Counted from the first letter of the stretch, positions 9,907 through 15,913 are shown. The stretch is 55,597 nucleotides of DNA from a virus (IMGVR_UViG_3300014838_000025:1-55597); one strand, 5' to 3'. The notes: generated by a model not told the origin, from the sequence alone. A program made the numbers and translations.

Positions 9907-9982
9907 TGGTGAGAGCGGTGGGCAACGATCCCACAGCCTTCCGGGTAAGGGCCGGGTGCTCCGCCGATTGAGCTACGCTCTC
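9907..9982 (-). tRNA. tRNA-Lys(CUU), C33
   Basis: CCGG-CCCUUAC-CCGG; CCA. Confidence 0.85.
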
Positions 9983-9983
9983 A

Positions 9984-10060
9984 TGGTTGCTCTGACTGGA
10001 TTTGAACCAGTGATCTGACGATTATGAGCCGTCTGCTTTAAGCCTCTAAGCTACAGAGCA
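9984..10060 (-). tRNA. tRNA(CAU): elongator Met or Ile2
   Basis: GACGG-CUCAUAA-UCGUC; paired 1:72; CCA. Confidence 0.88.
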
Positions 10061-10070
10061 ATAAACTTTA

Positions 10071-10144
10071 TGGCAGGGACACTCGGACTTGAACCGAGAA
10101 AAACGGTTTTGGAGACCGCTGGTTTGCATTGAGCCTATGTCCCT
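10071..10144 (-). tRNA. tRNA-Trp(CCA)
   Basis: GCGGU-CUCCAAA-ACCGU; G73; CCA. Confidence 0.9.
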
Positions 10145-10160
10145 ACATTTCTCAAAGACC

Positions 10161-10189
10161 AAACAAAACTCCCGGCCTGAGCCGAGAGT
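10161..10189 (-). terminator. Attenuator terminator preceding tRNA block 3
   Basis: ACUCUCGGC-UCAG-GCCGGGAGU followed by UUUGUUU; 5' arm can instead pair with GAGGGUCUGAGUG (10209-10221). Confidence 0.75.
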
Positions 10190-10219
10190 CTGGGTGAAAC
10201 CAAAACTACACTCAGACCC

Positions 10220-10294
10220 TCAAGACACGACTCCCCGCCCCATCCACTTAATCCCGATGGTTATGGTTCTGACGTGTTTGACGGTCTGAGTCAT
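10220..10294 (-). CDS. Leader peptide 3 (24 aa, MTQTVKHVRTITIGIKWMGRGVVS)
   Basis: Short ORF with AGGA SD, ending at the antiterminator; codons match block-3 tRNAs. Confidence 0.75.
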   Translation of the reverse strand: MTQTVKHVRTITIGIKWMGRGVVS

Positions 10295-10333
10295 TGCCTG
10301 TTCCTGCTGTTGAGCACCCTTCGTAGTAAAGAC

Positions 10334-10362
10334 AGCCTACATCACTTCTCGGAATCCTGCAA
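10334..10362 (-). promoter_or_regulatory. sigma70-like promoter for tRNA block 3
   Basis: TTGCAG-17 bp-TAGGCT. Confidence 0.55.
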
Positions 10363-11691
10363 GCGTTCATATTCGACAATGTAATCAACGCACGCTTCGC
10401 TCCAGCCGTCAAGGTGTACCCATGCCTTGTAGCCGATGCCGTTCTGGTAGCTGGCTACGTTGATGAAGTACCCCTTCTTGTCCTTTCCGGGGCCACTGAT
10501 CGACGTGTGCGACTGCTCATCGGTAATGACAATGCAACGGTCGTATCCTTCCTTCGTTGCCACTGCCAAGGCCGCTGCGGTGTCCGTGCCGCCTCTGTGC
10601 TTCGAGGACGTGATTGCATCCCTCAAAGCAAACCCGCGTCGAGGCGGAATCAAGCCTGCCGTTGAGCCGAATACAACGATCTGTACTTCCTCGCAGACCT
10701 CGCGCAAAAGCATTGCCAGAGCACACGCCGCATCCACTCTCCGCAACTCCGACTTGCCGGAAATCTTATCCGACATCGAACCTGAGTTGTCTACTACCAG
10801 AACCGTCTTTCCAGCCAACTTCTCATGGCCTTCCAGACACTTGAACATCGCCTGCTCAAGTTCCGGTTCCAGCGTTGGAGCATACCGCGCAGCCGTGATG
10901 AACCGAAAAGGCAATACCCGATCAGTCTTCATGGCTCTCAGACCCTTACGTATAGCTTCCACGTCCACTCCGGCCTGCTGCATATTGCGAAGGTTCCGCA
11001 GCAATGCCAGAGCACCCAACTTCTCTTCCGCCAGCAACCGCGTGAACGTCTCTTTCTTGTCGGCCCCGCCGCTCAACTGCACTTCCCATGTATCCGGCGA
11101 TTCCAACGTCTTGTCGGCCAGTTTCTTCCACACTGCGGCCTGCTCTTGATCCTTCGGCTTTGCATGGACAAGGAACAACACATCCCGCAACTTCACTGCC
11201 GCCGAGTCAGCGTTCCACTTTGCCAGAGCGTATGCGTCGAACTTCTGGAACGCAGCCGCGAGTCCCTTCTTCATCTGCGCCGTGAGAGACTGCTTCTTCT
11301 CTTTCCAGTACAGCGAGATCAACTCACCCATTTCGTCCGGCCTCTGAACGACTTCGAAGATCGCACCTGAAACCACAGCACGAGTCTGCTTTGTTGCCGC
11401 CCGAATCAGAGCGACTAACAGCACCAAAGGAACATGGCGAAGTTTGAACTTCGTTCTTGCTTCGACTGCAATGTTCGCCACGGTTTCCGCGCCGTCTTTT
11501 TGCTTCAGAATCTCTGCGGTCGTACCCTGAATCCGCTTGGCAATGGATTCTCCATCCTCGTAGAACTCGTCTTCCCACAAGAGGCAAGACATGACGCTCC
11601 GACGAAGCTGCTCAACCGGGTTTGCAAAGACGGCCACTGCCCCTTCATGCGTGTAAAGCAAAACTTTCTTTTCTTTTGTATTGGTTTTCAC
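10342..11691 (-). CDS. rsr: Ro60/Rsr-like TROVE + vWA RNA-binding protein (449 aa)
   Basis: TROVE motifs (FYEDG, LRDVLFLVHAKP, TWEVQLS, ALLRNLRN, VLPFRF) and vWA MIDAS DNSGSM...GGTD...ITDEQ; GTG start 11691 after AAGGAGG. Confidence 0.93.
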   Translation of the reverse strand: MKTNTKEKKVLLYTHEGAVAVFANPVEQLRRSVMSCLLWEDEFYEDGESIAKRIQGTTAEILKQKDGAETVANIAVEARTKFKLRHVPLVLLVALIRAATKQTRAVVSGAIFEVVQRPDEMGELISLYWKEKKQSLTAQMKKGLAAAFQKFDAYALAKWNADSAAVKLRDVLFLVHAKPKDQEQAAVWKKLADKTLESPDTWEVQLSGGADKKETFTRLLAEEKLGALALLRNLRNMQQAGVDVEAIRKGLRAMKTDRVLPFRFITAARYAPTLEPELEQAMFKCLEGHEKLAGKTVLVVDNSGSMSDKISGKSELRRVDAACALAMLLREVCEEVQIVVFGSTAGLIPPRRGFALRDAITSSKHRGGTDTAAALAVATKEGYDRCIVITDEQSHTSISGPGKDKKGYFINVASYQNGIGYKAWVHLDGWSEACVDYIVEYERLQDSEK

Positions 11692-11710
11692 ACTACCCTC
11701 CTTACAACAG

Positions 11711-11734
11711 AAAAGCCCCGCGTCAGCGAGGCTC
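11711..11734 (-). terminator. Terminator-like hairpin between the Y-RNA array and rsr
   Basis: GAGCCUCGC-UGAC-GCGGGGCUU then UUCUGUU. Confidence 0.6.
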
Positions 11735-11741
11735 TCATTTA

Positions 11742-11871
11742 TTCGGGGGAACAAACGGCACAGGAACGTAAGCGTTTTACCGTTAAACTACGTCATCCGA
11801 AGATGCCGGAGAGATTCGAACTCTCAACACTCGCTCCAAAGGCGAAGTACCTGTTACCTACGCCACCCGAA
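11742..11871 (-). ncRNA. Y RNA, YrlA-like, with permuted tRNA domain
   Basis: Terminal stem UUCGGG/CCCGAA, GUGGCG...UACUUC...UGUUCC scaffold; T-arm GAGAG-UUCGAAU-CUCUC, loop-closed acceptor stem, D-arm; adjacent to rsr. Confidence 0.85.
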
Positions 11872-11878
11872 CATCTAA

Positions 11879-11962
11879 GAGCCGAGAACATGTGCAGCCG
11901 GAGGTTTATCTGGAGCCAGTGTTTTGGCGGCTCTGAAGTATCCGACTACGGCACTACGGCTC
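11879..11962 (-). ncRNA. Y-RNA-like RNA (non-tRNA apical domain)
   Basis: GAGCCG/CGGCUC stem, GUAGUG...UACUUC...UGUUCU scaffold. Confidence 0.75.
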
Positions 11963-11971
11963 ACAACTAAA

Positions 11972-12077
11972 GGCCGAGAACATTTGTAACGATTTTGCCC
12001 TACCAACTAGGGCGTCTCTTGATTGCTCAGGAGACTGGAATCGAACCAGTGATGAAATCGTTACTACCACTACGGCT
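11972..12077 (-). ncRNA. Y RNA, YrlA-like, with T-arm/acceptor/D-arm domain
   Basis: AGCCG/CGGCC stem, GUAGUG...UGUUCU; ACUGG-UUCGAUU-CCAGU and GCCC-UAGUUGGUA-GGGC. Confidence 0.82.
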
Positions 12078-12088
12078 CAAACTTTAGT

Positions 12089-12171
12089 CTCCGGGGAACT
12101 CTCGACTTCGGGTATCCCTTTCGGGATTCGGTTTAAGCAATCGAAGTACCCGCCGTCTTTCACCACCGGAG
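12089..12171 (-). ncRNA. Y-RNA-like RNA
   Basis: CUCCGG/CCGGAG stem, GUGGUG...UACUUC...AGUUCC; UCCC-GAAA-GGGA hairpin. Confidence 0.75.
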
Positions 12172-12178
12172 CAATCTA

Positions 12179-12249
12179 TGTCGAGAGAACAAGCGCCACA
12201 GTGTTTTTTCTATTGGAGAGAGAAGTAACTGTGACTTCACTACTCGACA
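12179..12249 (-). ncRNA. Y-RNA-like RNA (minimal)
   Basis: UGUCGAG/CUCGACA stem, GUAGUG...UACUUC...UGUUCU. Confidence 0.75.
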
Positions 12250-12254
12250 ACCTC

Positions 12255-12283
12255 ATTACAGCATGTTGGCAAATTCCTGTCAA
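12255..12283 (-). promoter_or_regulatory. sigma70-like promoter of the Y-RNA/rsr unit
   Basis: TTGACA-17 bp-TGTAAT with TGn extension, 5 nt before the first Y RNA. Confidence 0.75.
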
Positions 12284-12302
12284 GCATCCTGCAAAATAAT
12301 TG

Positions 12303-12377
12303 TGGTCACCCTGGAAGAAATCGAATCCTCGTCTCGACGTTCGTAGCGTCGTGTTCTATCCGTTGAACTACAGGGTG
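12303..12377 (-). tRNA. tRNA-Arg(ACG)
   Basis: CGACG-CUACGAA-CGUCG; CCA. Confidence 0.92.
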
Positions 12378-12382
12378 AAAGA

Positions 12383-12410
12383 TGGTCGGGGTGGTGAGAA
12401 TCGAACTCAC
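12383..12410 (-). pseudogene. 3' part (T-arm, acceptor strand, CCA) of interrupted tRNA-Pro(UGG)
   Basis: GUGAG-UUCGAUU-CUCAC-CACCCCG-ACCA; CACCCCG pairs with CGGGGUG at 12932-12938. Confidence 0.75.
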
Positions 12411-12416
12411 TCGACG

Positions 12417-12764
12417 TTAGAACAGATCATGTTCTATTCTATGGCAATTGGCACATAGAATCTCACACTTCCCAATCTCCTCCAGTATCCTCTCTCTAGT
12501 CCATCCATCGCGTAAAGCGTTGGCAATAGCAAGAACCTTGGACTCCTTATCTTTATGATGGAAGTCAAGAGCGGCTGGATGGTTGAATCCACATCTCGCG
12601 CACTTCATTTCTGATTTCAACTCTCGAAGCCAAATCCGTTTAGATACCCTACGCCGAGCAAGCCTAATAACAGATTCCTTGTTGTATTGAGACTTGTTTT
12701 TCTCGTACCAAGTTCTCCATGCGGCGTTCTTTTGATCTTGCCTTTCTCGCTCTGTCCTTCTCAT
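12417..12764 (-). CDS. HNH endonuclease (115 aa)
   Basis: CARC...LDFHH...CEILCANCHRIEH; TATAAT 7 nt before ATG. Confidence 0.85.
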   Translation of the reverse strand: MRRTERERQDQKNAAWRTWYEKNKSQYNKESVIRLARRRVSKRIWLRELKSEMKCARCGFNHPAALDFHHKDKESKVLAIANALRDGWTRERILEEIGKCEILCANCHRIEHDLF

Positions 12765-12811
12765 GAAACCGATTATACGTCTTGGGATCACTGAATAGTA
12801 TCCTAAAATAT

Positions 12812-12886
12812 TGGTCGGGGCACCGGGAGTCCAACCCGATCCACATGCTCCCAAGGCACGGATGCTGTGCGTCACACTCTACCCCG
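12812..12886 (-). tRNA. tRNA-Pro(UGG), intact diverged copy
   Basis: CGUGC-CUUGGGA-GCAUG; C1:G72, A73; CCA. Confidence 0.85.
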
Positions 12887-12896
12887 ATATTTAAGT

Positions 12897-12938
12897 CATG
12901 ATCCCAAATCATGCGGCCAGCCTTTAGCCCACACCCCG
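12897..12938 (-). pseudogene. 5' part (acceptor strand, D-arm, anticodon arm) of interrupted tRNA-Pro(UGG)
   Basis: CGGGGUG...CAUGA-UUUGGGA-UCAUG with no T-arm following. Confidence 0.75.
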
Positions 12939-12939
12939 A

Positions 12940-13014
12940 TGGTGGTCTGTGGAGCACTCGAAGCTCCCTCTCCGCGTCTTCAGCGCGGCGCTACGCCATC
13001 TCAGCTAACAGACC
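12940..13014 (-). tRNA. tRNA-Phe(GAA)
   Basis: CCGCG-CUGAAGA-CGCGG; CCA. Confidence 0.9.
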
Positions 13015-13020
13015 AAACTT

Positions 13021-13095
13021 TGGTGGACGTGGCCGGGTACGATCCGGCGACCCTAGTTTGCAAGACTAGAATGTTCCCATCTACACTACACGCCC
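13021..13095 (-). tRNA. tRNA-Ala(UGC)
   Basis: CUAGU-CUUGCAA-ACUAG; G3:U70; CCA. Confidence 0.92.
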
Positions 13096-13115
13096 ATTAA
13101 CTTGTCAAAGAACTT

Positions 13116-13190
13116 TGGGGTAGGTAACGGGAATCAAACCCGTGTGTCGAGGGCCACGACCTCGCGTCCTGTCACTGAACGATACCCACC
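13116..13190 (-). tRNA. tRNA-His(GUG), C33
   Basis: CGAGG-UCGUGGC-CCUCG; G-1:C73; CCA. Confidence 0.9.
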
Positions 13191-13198
13191 ATAAAATC

Positions 13199-13264
13199 AT
13201 TAGGCTAGGGTCGGCCTTTTAACACCCTATTTCAAATCCAACATTGGGCCTTGGATCACCTAAT
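13199..13264 (-). ncRNA. Unidentified three-way-junction RNA
   Basis: AUUAGG/CCUAAU enclosing AUCCAA/UUGGAU and UAGGGU/ACCCUA hairpins. Confidence 0.45.
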
Positions 13265-13265
13265 C

Positions 13266-13340
13266 TGGAGCACCCGGACGGATTCAAACCGTCTTCCCCT
13301 CGCTTACAAGGCGAGACATCATCAGCAATGCTTCAGGTGC
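13266..13340 (-). tRNA. tRNA-Thr(UGU)
   Basis: CUCGC-CUUGUAA-GCGAG; CCA. Confidence 0.88.
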
Positions 13341-13881
13341 CTACAAACGTAAACCTCTTGTCACCTTCGGAATCGACGTACAAAAATCGACTCCACTCTT
13401 GAACGCCCATTCCGATACTCCGCAGCATGAACCTGCTCGTGTGTACGCTGCTTGGAAGTGGCCGACGAATCAAAGGCATTCCTGCTTCCTCTGGCGTCTG
13501 GTCGTCCTTCCTCTGATTACAGTCTTTGCAAGCCGCCGTCAGATTCTCCCAAGTGCTCCTCCCGCCTTGCGCCTTCGGGATGATGTGATCCAGCGTCAGA
13601 TGCTCTCCTGAAAACTTGTGACCACAGTAATTGCAGTGATACCCGTCTCTCACGTAAATGTTCTTCCGAGTAACAATCTGCATCCGAACCGGGACGTGAC
13701 GATAAACCCGCAAGCGAATCACGCTTGGCAAGTACACGCCCGGATAAATCATCCTGTCCGTTGCTACCTCTACTACGGCCTTGCCCTTCGTGAGCAACGT
13801 GAGAGCTTTACGGACAGTAACTATCCTTATGGCTTCGTAGCTGGCGTTAAGCAACAGCGTCGGAGTCCGCATTAAGTTCAT
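13333..13881 (-). CDS. HNH endonuclease, McrA-like (182 aa)
   Basis: LLLNASYE...RDGYHCNYCG...LTLDHIIPKAQGGRSTWENLTAACKDCN; SD GAAAGGA. Confidence 0.9.
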   Translation of the reverse strand: MNLMRTPTLLLNASYEAIRIVTVRKALTLLTKGKAVVEVATDRMIYPGVYLPSVIRLRVYRHVPVRMQIVTRKNIYVRDGYHCNYCGHKFSGEHLTLDHIIPKAQGGRSTWENLTAACKDCNQRKDDQTPEEAGMPLIRRPLPSSVHTSRFMLRSIGMGVQEWSRFLYVDSEGDKRFTFVGT

Positions 13882-13896
13882 CACGTCAATCCTTTC

Positions 13897-13972
13897 TGGA
13901 GCTACCGGGGTTACTCGAAAACCCAACCTGTCGCTTACGAGACGACCGCTCTACCACTTGAGCTACGGCAGC
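13897..13972 (-). tRNA. tRNA-Thr(CGU)
   Basis: GUCGU-CUCGUAA-GCGAC; CCA. Confidence 0.92.
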
Positions 13973-13979
13973 ACATCTT

Positions 13980-14054
13980 TGGAGCGGGTTAAGGGAATCG
14001 AACCCTCGTATCGGCCTTGGCAAAGCCGCACTCTACCAACTGAGTTAAACCCGC
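13980..14054 (-). tRNA. tRNA-Gly(GCC)
   Basis: CGGCU-UUGCCAA-GGCCG; U73; CCA. Confidence 0.92.
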
Positions 14055-14060
14055 AAAACT

Positions 14061-14136
14061 TGGCAGGGACGCTCAGAGTCGAACTGAGATAAAACCCGAT
14101 CCAAAGTCGGGTGCCTGACCGCTCGGCCACGTCCCT
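14061..14136 (-). tRNA. tRNA-Gln(UUG)
   Basis: CCCGA-CUUUGGA-UCGGG; CCA. Confidence 0.88.
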
Positions 14137-14143
14137 ACAATTA

Positions 14144-14218
14144 TGGCTCCCCGCGAGAGATTTGAACTCCCATAATGACCTTCAGAGGGTCACGTCCTGC
14201 CAATTGAACGAACGGGGA
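14144..14218 (-). tRNA. tRNA-Gln(CUG)
   Basis: UGACC-CUCUGAA-GGUCA; U1:A72; CCA. Confidence 0.9.
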
Positions 14219-14225
14219 ACATAAA

Positions 14226-14312
14226 TGGCTCAGGCGGCAGGACTCTAACCTGCATTCCCTTGCGGGCACTTCGGTTAACAGCCGAGGCCGATAACATTCC
14301 GGACACACCTGA
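14226..14312 (-). tRNA. tRNA-Asn(GUU) with long variable arm
   Basis: UCGG-CUGUUAA-CCGA; V-arm CCC-GCAA-GGG; U1:A72, G73; CCA. Confidence 0.8.
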
Positions 14313-14324
14313 ATAATCATTTGT

Positions 14325-14367
14325 AAAAGATCAAAGCCTCCAAGCCCTTGTTCCGGCTTGGAGGCTT
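14325..14367 (-). terminator. Attenuator terminator preceding tRNA block 2
   Basis: AAGCCUCCAAGCC/GGCUUGGAGGCUU 13-bp stem then UGAUCUUUU; competing strand GGCUUGGACUCAGU at 14403-14416. Confidence 0.8.
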
Positions 14368-14400
14368 CTCAGTTTTTCCGCTCATCTGCGGGAAAAAATC

Positions 14401-14481
14401 TTACTGAGTCCAAGCCAACACACAATTACCTTGCGGCTGCGCCGTTGGGGTAAATCCGCGATGTGTGGCTCGTGTTCTCAT
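14401..14481 (-). CDS. Leader peptide 2 (26 aa, MRTRATHRGFTPTAQPQGNCVLAWTQ), leaderless
   Basis: ATG 6 nt after the -10 box; codons match all block-2 tRNAs; last codons form the antiterminator strand. Confidence 0.8.
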   Translation of the reverse strand: MRTRATHRGFTPTAQPQGNCVLAWTQ

Positions 14482-14487
14482 GTAAGC

Positions 14488-14516
14488 AACTTACCTGAAT
14501 TCTCTTTACCTGTCAA
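14488..14516 (-). promoter_or_regulatory. sigma70-like promoter for tRNA block 2
   Basis: TTGACA-17 bp-TAAGTT. Confidence 0.75.
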
Positions 14517-14784
14517 ACACTTTCCCAATATTTATTATTCCTGCTCTAAGTCGAGCATACCCATCTGGGTGAATAAGACCACATCCAAGATTACCAAGCA
14601 GGTACATATCTCCGGTAGCGTCCACTTCGTGCCAGTTATGTTTTTCTTTCCGCCACTTCTTCTGAATCCGAACTCGCTTGGATCGTGGAAACCTAAACTG
14701 TTCATTGCGGGTCTTAGGCATAAACGGATCGGCCATGACCTTAATGCCACTAAAGGTGCCGGACAACATATTCGGAAAGTCCAT
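14506..14784 (-). CDS. Hypothetical protein (92 aa)
   Basis: ATG 14784 after GAGAGG; basic motif RFPRSKRVRIQKKWRK. Confidence 0.55.
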   Translation of the reverse strand: MDFPNMLSGTFSGIKVMADPFMPKTRNEQFRFPRSKRVRIQKKWRKEKHNWHEVDATGDMYLLGNLGCGLIHPDGYARLRAGIINIGKVFDR

Positions 14785-14801
14785 TTTCCCTCTCGTAACC
14801 T

Positions 14802-14879
14802 TGGCGTTCCTGATCGGATTTGAACCGATGTTCCCGCGCTGAGAACGCAGTTGCCTAAGCCGGACTAGCAGACAGGAAC
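14802..14879 (-). tRNA. tRNA-Glu(CUC)
   Basis: CUGCG-UUCUCAG-CGCGG; CCA. Confidence 0.88.
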
Positions 14880-14883
14880 GCAA

Positions 14884-14961
14884 TGGTAGGGTAGATGAGA
14901 ATTGAACTCATATTGTCCTGAGTGAAAGTCAGGGTTCCTATTCCATTTAGAAGACTACCCC
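14884..14961 (-). tRNA. tRNA-Glu(UUC)
   Basis: CCUGA-CUUUCAC-UCAGG; CCA. Confidence 0.9.
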
Positions 14962-14967
14962 AAAACT

Positions 14968-15077
14968 TTTTGCAGTGAGCAGGTTTTGTGTCCCTGCCTT
15001 AGAGCGTAAGTAGGTGTTTCACCATCCCCCGCGTAGCTTGCTTTCGCATTCTCAGCCGTAAGACCGTCACTGCAAAA
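14968..15077 (-). ncRNA. Unidentified ~110-nt multi-hairpin RNA within the tRNA array
   Basis: 11-bp closing stem UUUUGCAGUGA/UCACUGCAAAA; hairpins UGC-GAAA-GCA, GGUG-AAA-CACC, GCAGG/CCUGC. Confidence 0.55.
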
Positions 15078-15079
15078 CT

Positions 15080-15155
15080 TGGCGAGGATGAGGAGATTCA
15101 AACTCCCGACTTCCAGCGTGACAAGCTGGCGCTTTTTCAACTAAGCTACATCCCC
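15080..15155 (-). tRNA. tRNA-Asp(GUC)
   Basis: CCAGC-UUGUCAC-GCUGG; G73; CCA. Confidence 0.92.
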
Positions 15156-15160
15156 AAAAT

Positions 15161-15237
15161 TGGTTGCTAGGGTGGAAGTCTAATCCACTGATTTTCGACT
15201 TATGAGGCCGACGAGCCAACGTTGCTCCATCCCAGCT
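15161..15237 (-). tRNA. tRNA-Met(CAU), initiator-like
   Basis: UCGGC-CUCAUAA-GUCGA; A1:A72 mismatch and GAGC/GCUC D-stem; the three G:C anticodon-stem pairs are incomplete. Confidence 0.78.
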
Positions 15238-15265
15238 ACAAAGCATATTACCGATACTTCTAAAA

Positions 15266-15356
15266 TGGTGCAAGTGGGAGAATTCGAATCTCCAGCGTTC
15301 CCGTAAGGAATCTAGTTTTACAGACTAGCGCAGCCAACCGTATCTGCCTCACTTGC
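15266..15356 (-). tRNA. tRNA-Tyr(GUA)
   Basis: CUAGU-CUGUAAA-ACUAG; long V-arm; CCA. Confidence 0.9.
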
Positions 15357-15797
15357 GTGTCGCCTTCTACTCCGTGCTTCACTGCGGCATAGTCGGCATT
15401 CCGTTTGAACTCCACGTCTCTTTGTCCGATCCTTCGTGAACTCAGAAACTAATGCAAAATGCTCCCCTTCACAACACCATGCCATGCCCGGAGGATCAAT
15501 TATTCGCAAATGAGCATTCACATCCATCTTCCGAAGGTCTTCCTTCGTTTTCTCTAAATGACATAATGAACATAACACTTGGGTCTTGGAAAGTTCTTCG
15601 TCTCTACGAACCTTCGACCATGACCATATAGCATGAGTTTCTTTTGTCAGTGGATCAATATGGTCGAGTTCTAAATTTTTTCTTGATCCACATCGAACAC
15701 ATTGCTTTCCTCGAAAATAAGATTCCCTCCGCTCGGCAATCCACTTTCTCTGGTAAGCCCTCATGTACTCCCGTCTTGACTGATAAGTTGAAGACAT
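15318..15797 (-). CDS. HNH endonuclease (159 aa); 3' end overlaps tRNA-Tyr
   Basis: CVRCGSRKNLELDHIDP...QVLCSLCHLEKT plus a C-terminal Cys cluster; TGnTATACT 6 nt before ATG. Confidence 0.88.
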   Translation of the reverse strand: MSSTYQSRREYMRAYQRKWIAERRESYFRGKQCVRCGSRKNLELDHIDPLTKETHAIWSWSKVRRDEELSKTQVLCSLCHLEKTKEDLRKMDVNAHLRIIDPPGMAWCCEGEHFALVSEFTKDRTKRRGVQTECRLCRSEARSRRRHASEADTVGCASL

Positions 15798-15821
15798 GGC
15801 GGAAGTATATCACATGAACAC

Positions 15822-15909
15822 TGGCGGAGACGGAGTGAGTCCAACACTCAAGTCCTTTCGGCACGTCCGGGTTCAAACCGGGTGGGCTTTGCACATGCCC
15901 AACGTCTCC
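15822..15909 (-). tRNA. tRNA-Ser(UGA)
   Basis: CCGG-UUUGAAC-CCGG; V-arm; G73; CCA. Confidence 0.88.
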
Positions 15910-15913
15910 AAAC

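Noticed and set aside
11742-12249. Five-unit repeat read as a CRISPR-like array
   Set aside because: The conserved parts are short motifs at both ends of self-pairing units, not identical direct repeats with spacers. No cas genes are present, and adjacency to rsr explains them as Y RNAs.
12411-12896. Group I intron in tRNA-Pro
   Set aside because: The insertion is in the variable loop. The insert is filled by a tRNA and an ORF ending 6 nt from the T-arm, and no catalytic core is recognisable.
13199-13264. Theta (HDV-like) or hammerhead ribozyme after tRNA-Thr
   Set aside because: No nested double pseudoknot topology or CUGANGA core is visible.
15797-15810. CUUCCGCCA resembling a tRNA-Ser 3' end before the HNH start
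   Set aside because: It is too short, has no T-arm, and is explained by the -10/ATG spacing. At most it is an insertion scar.
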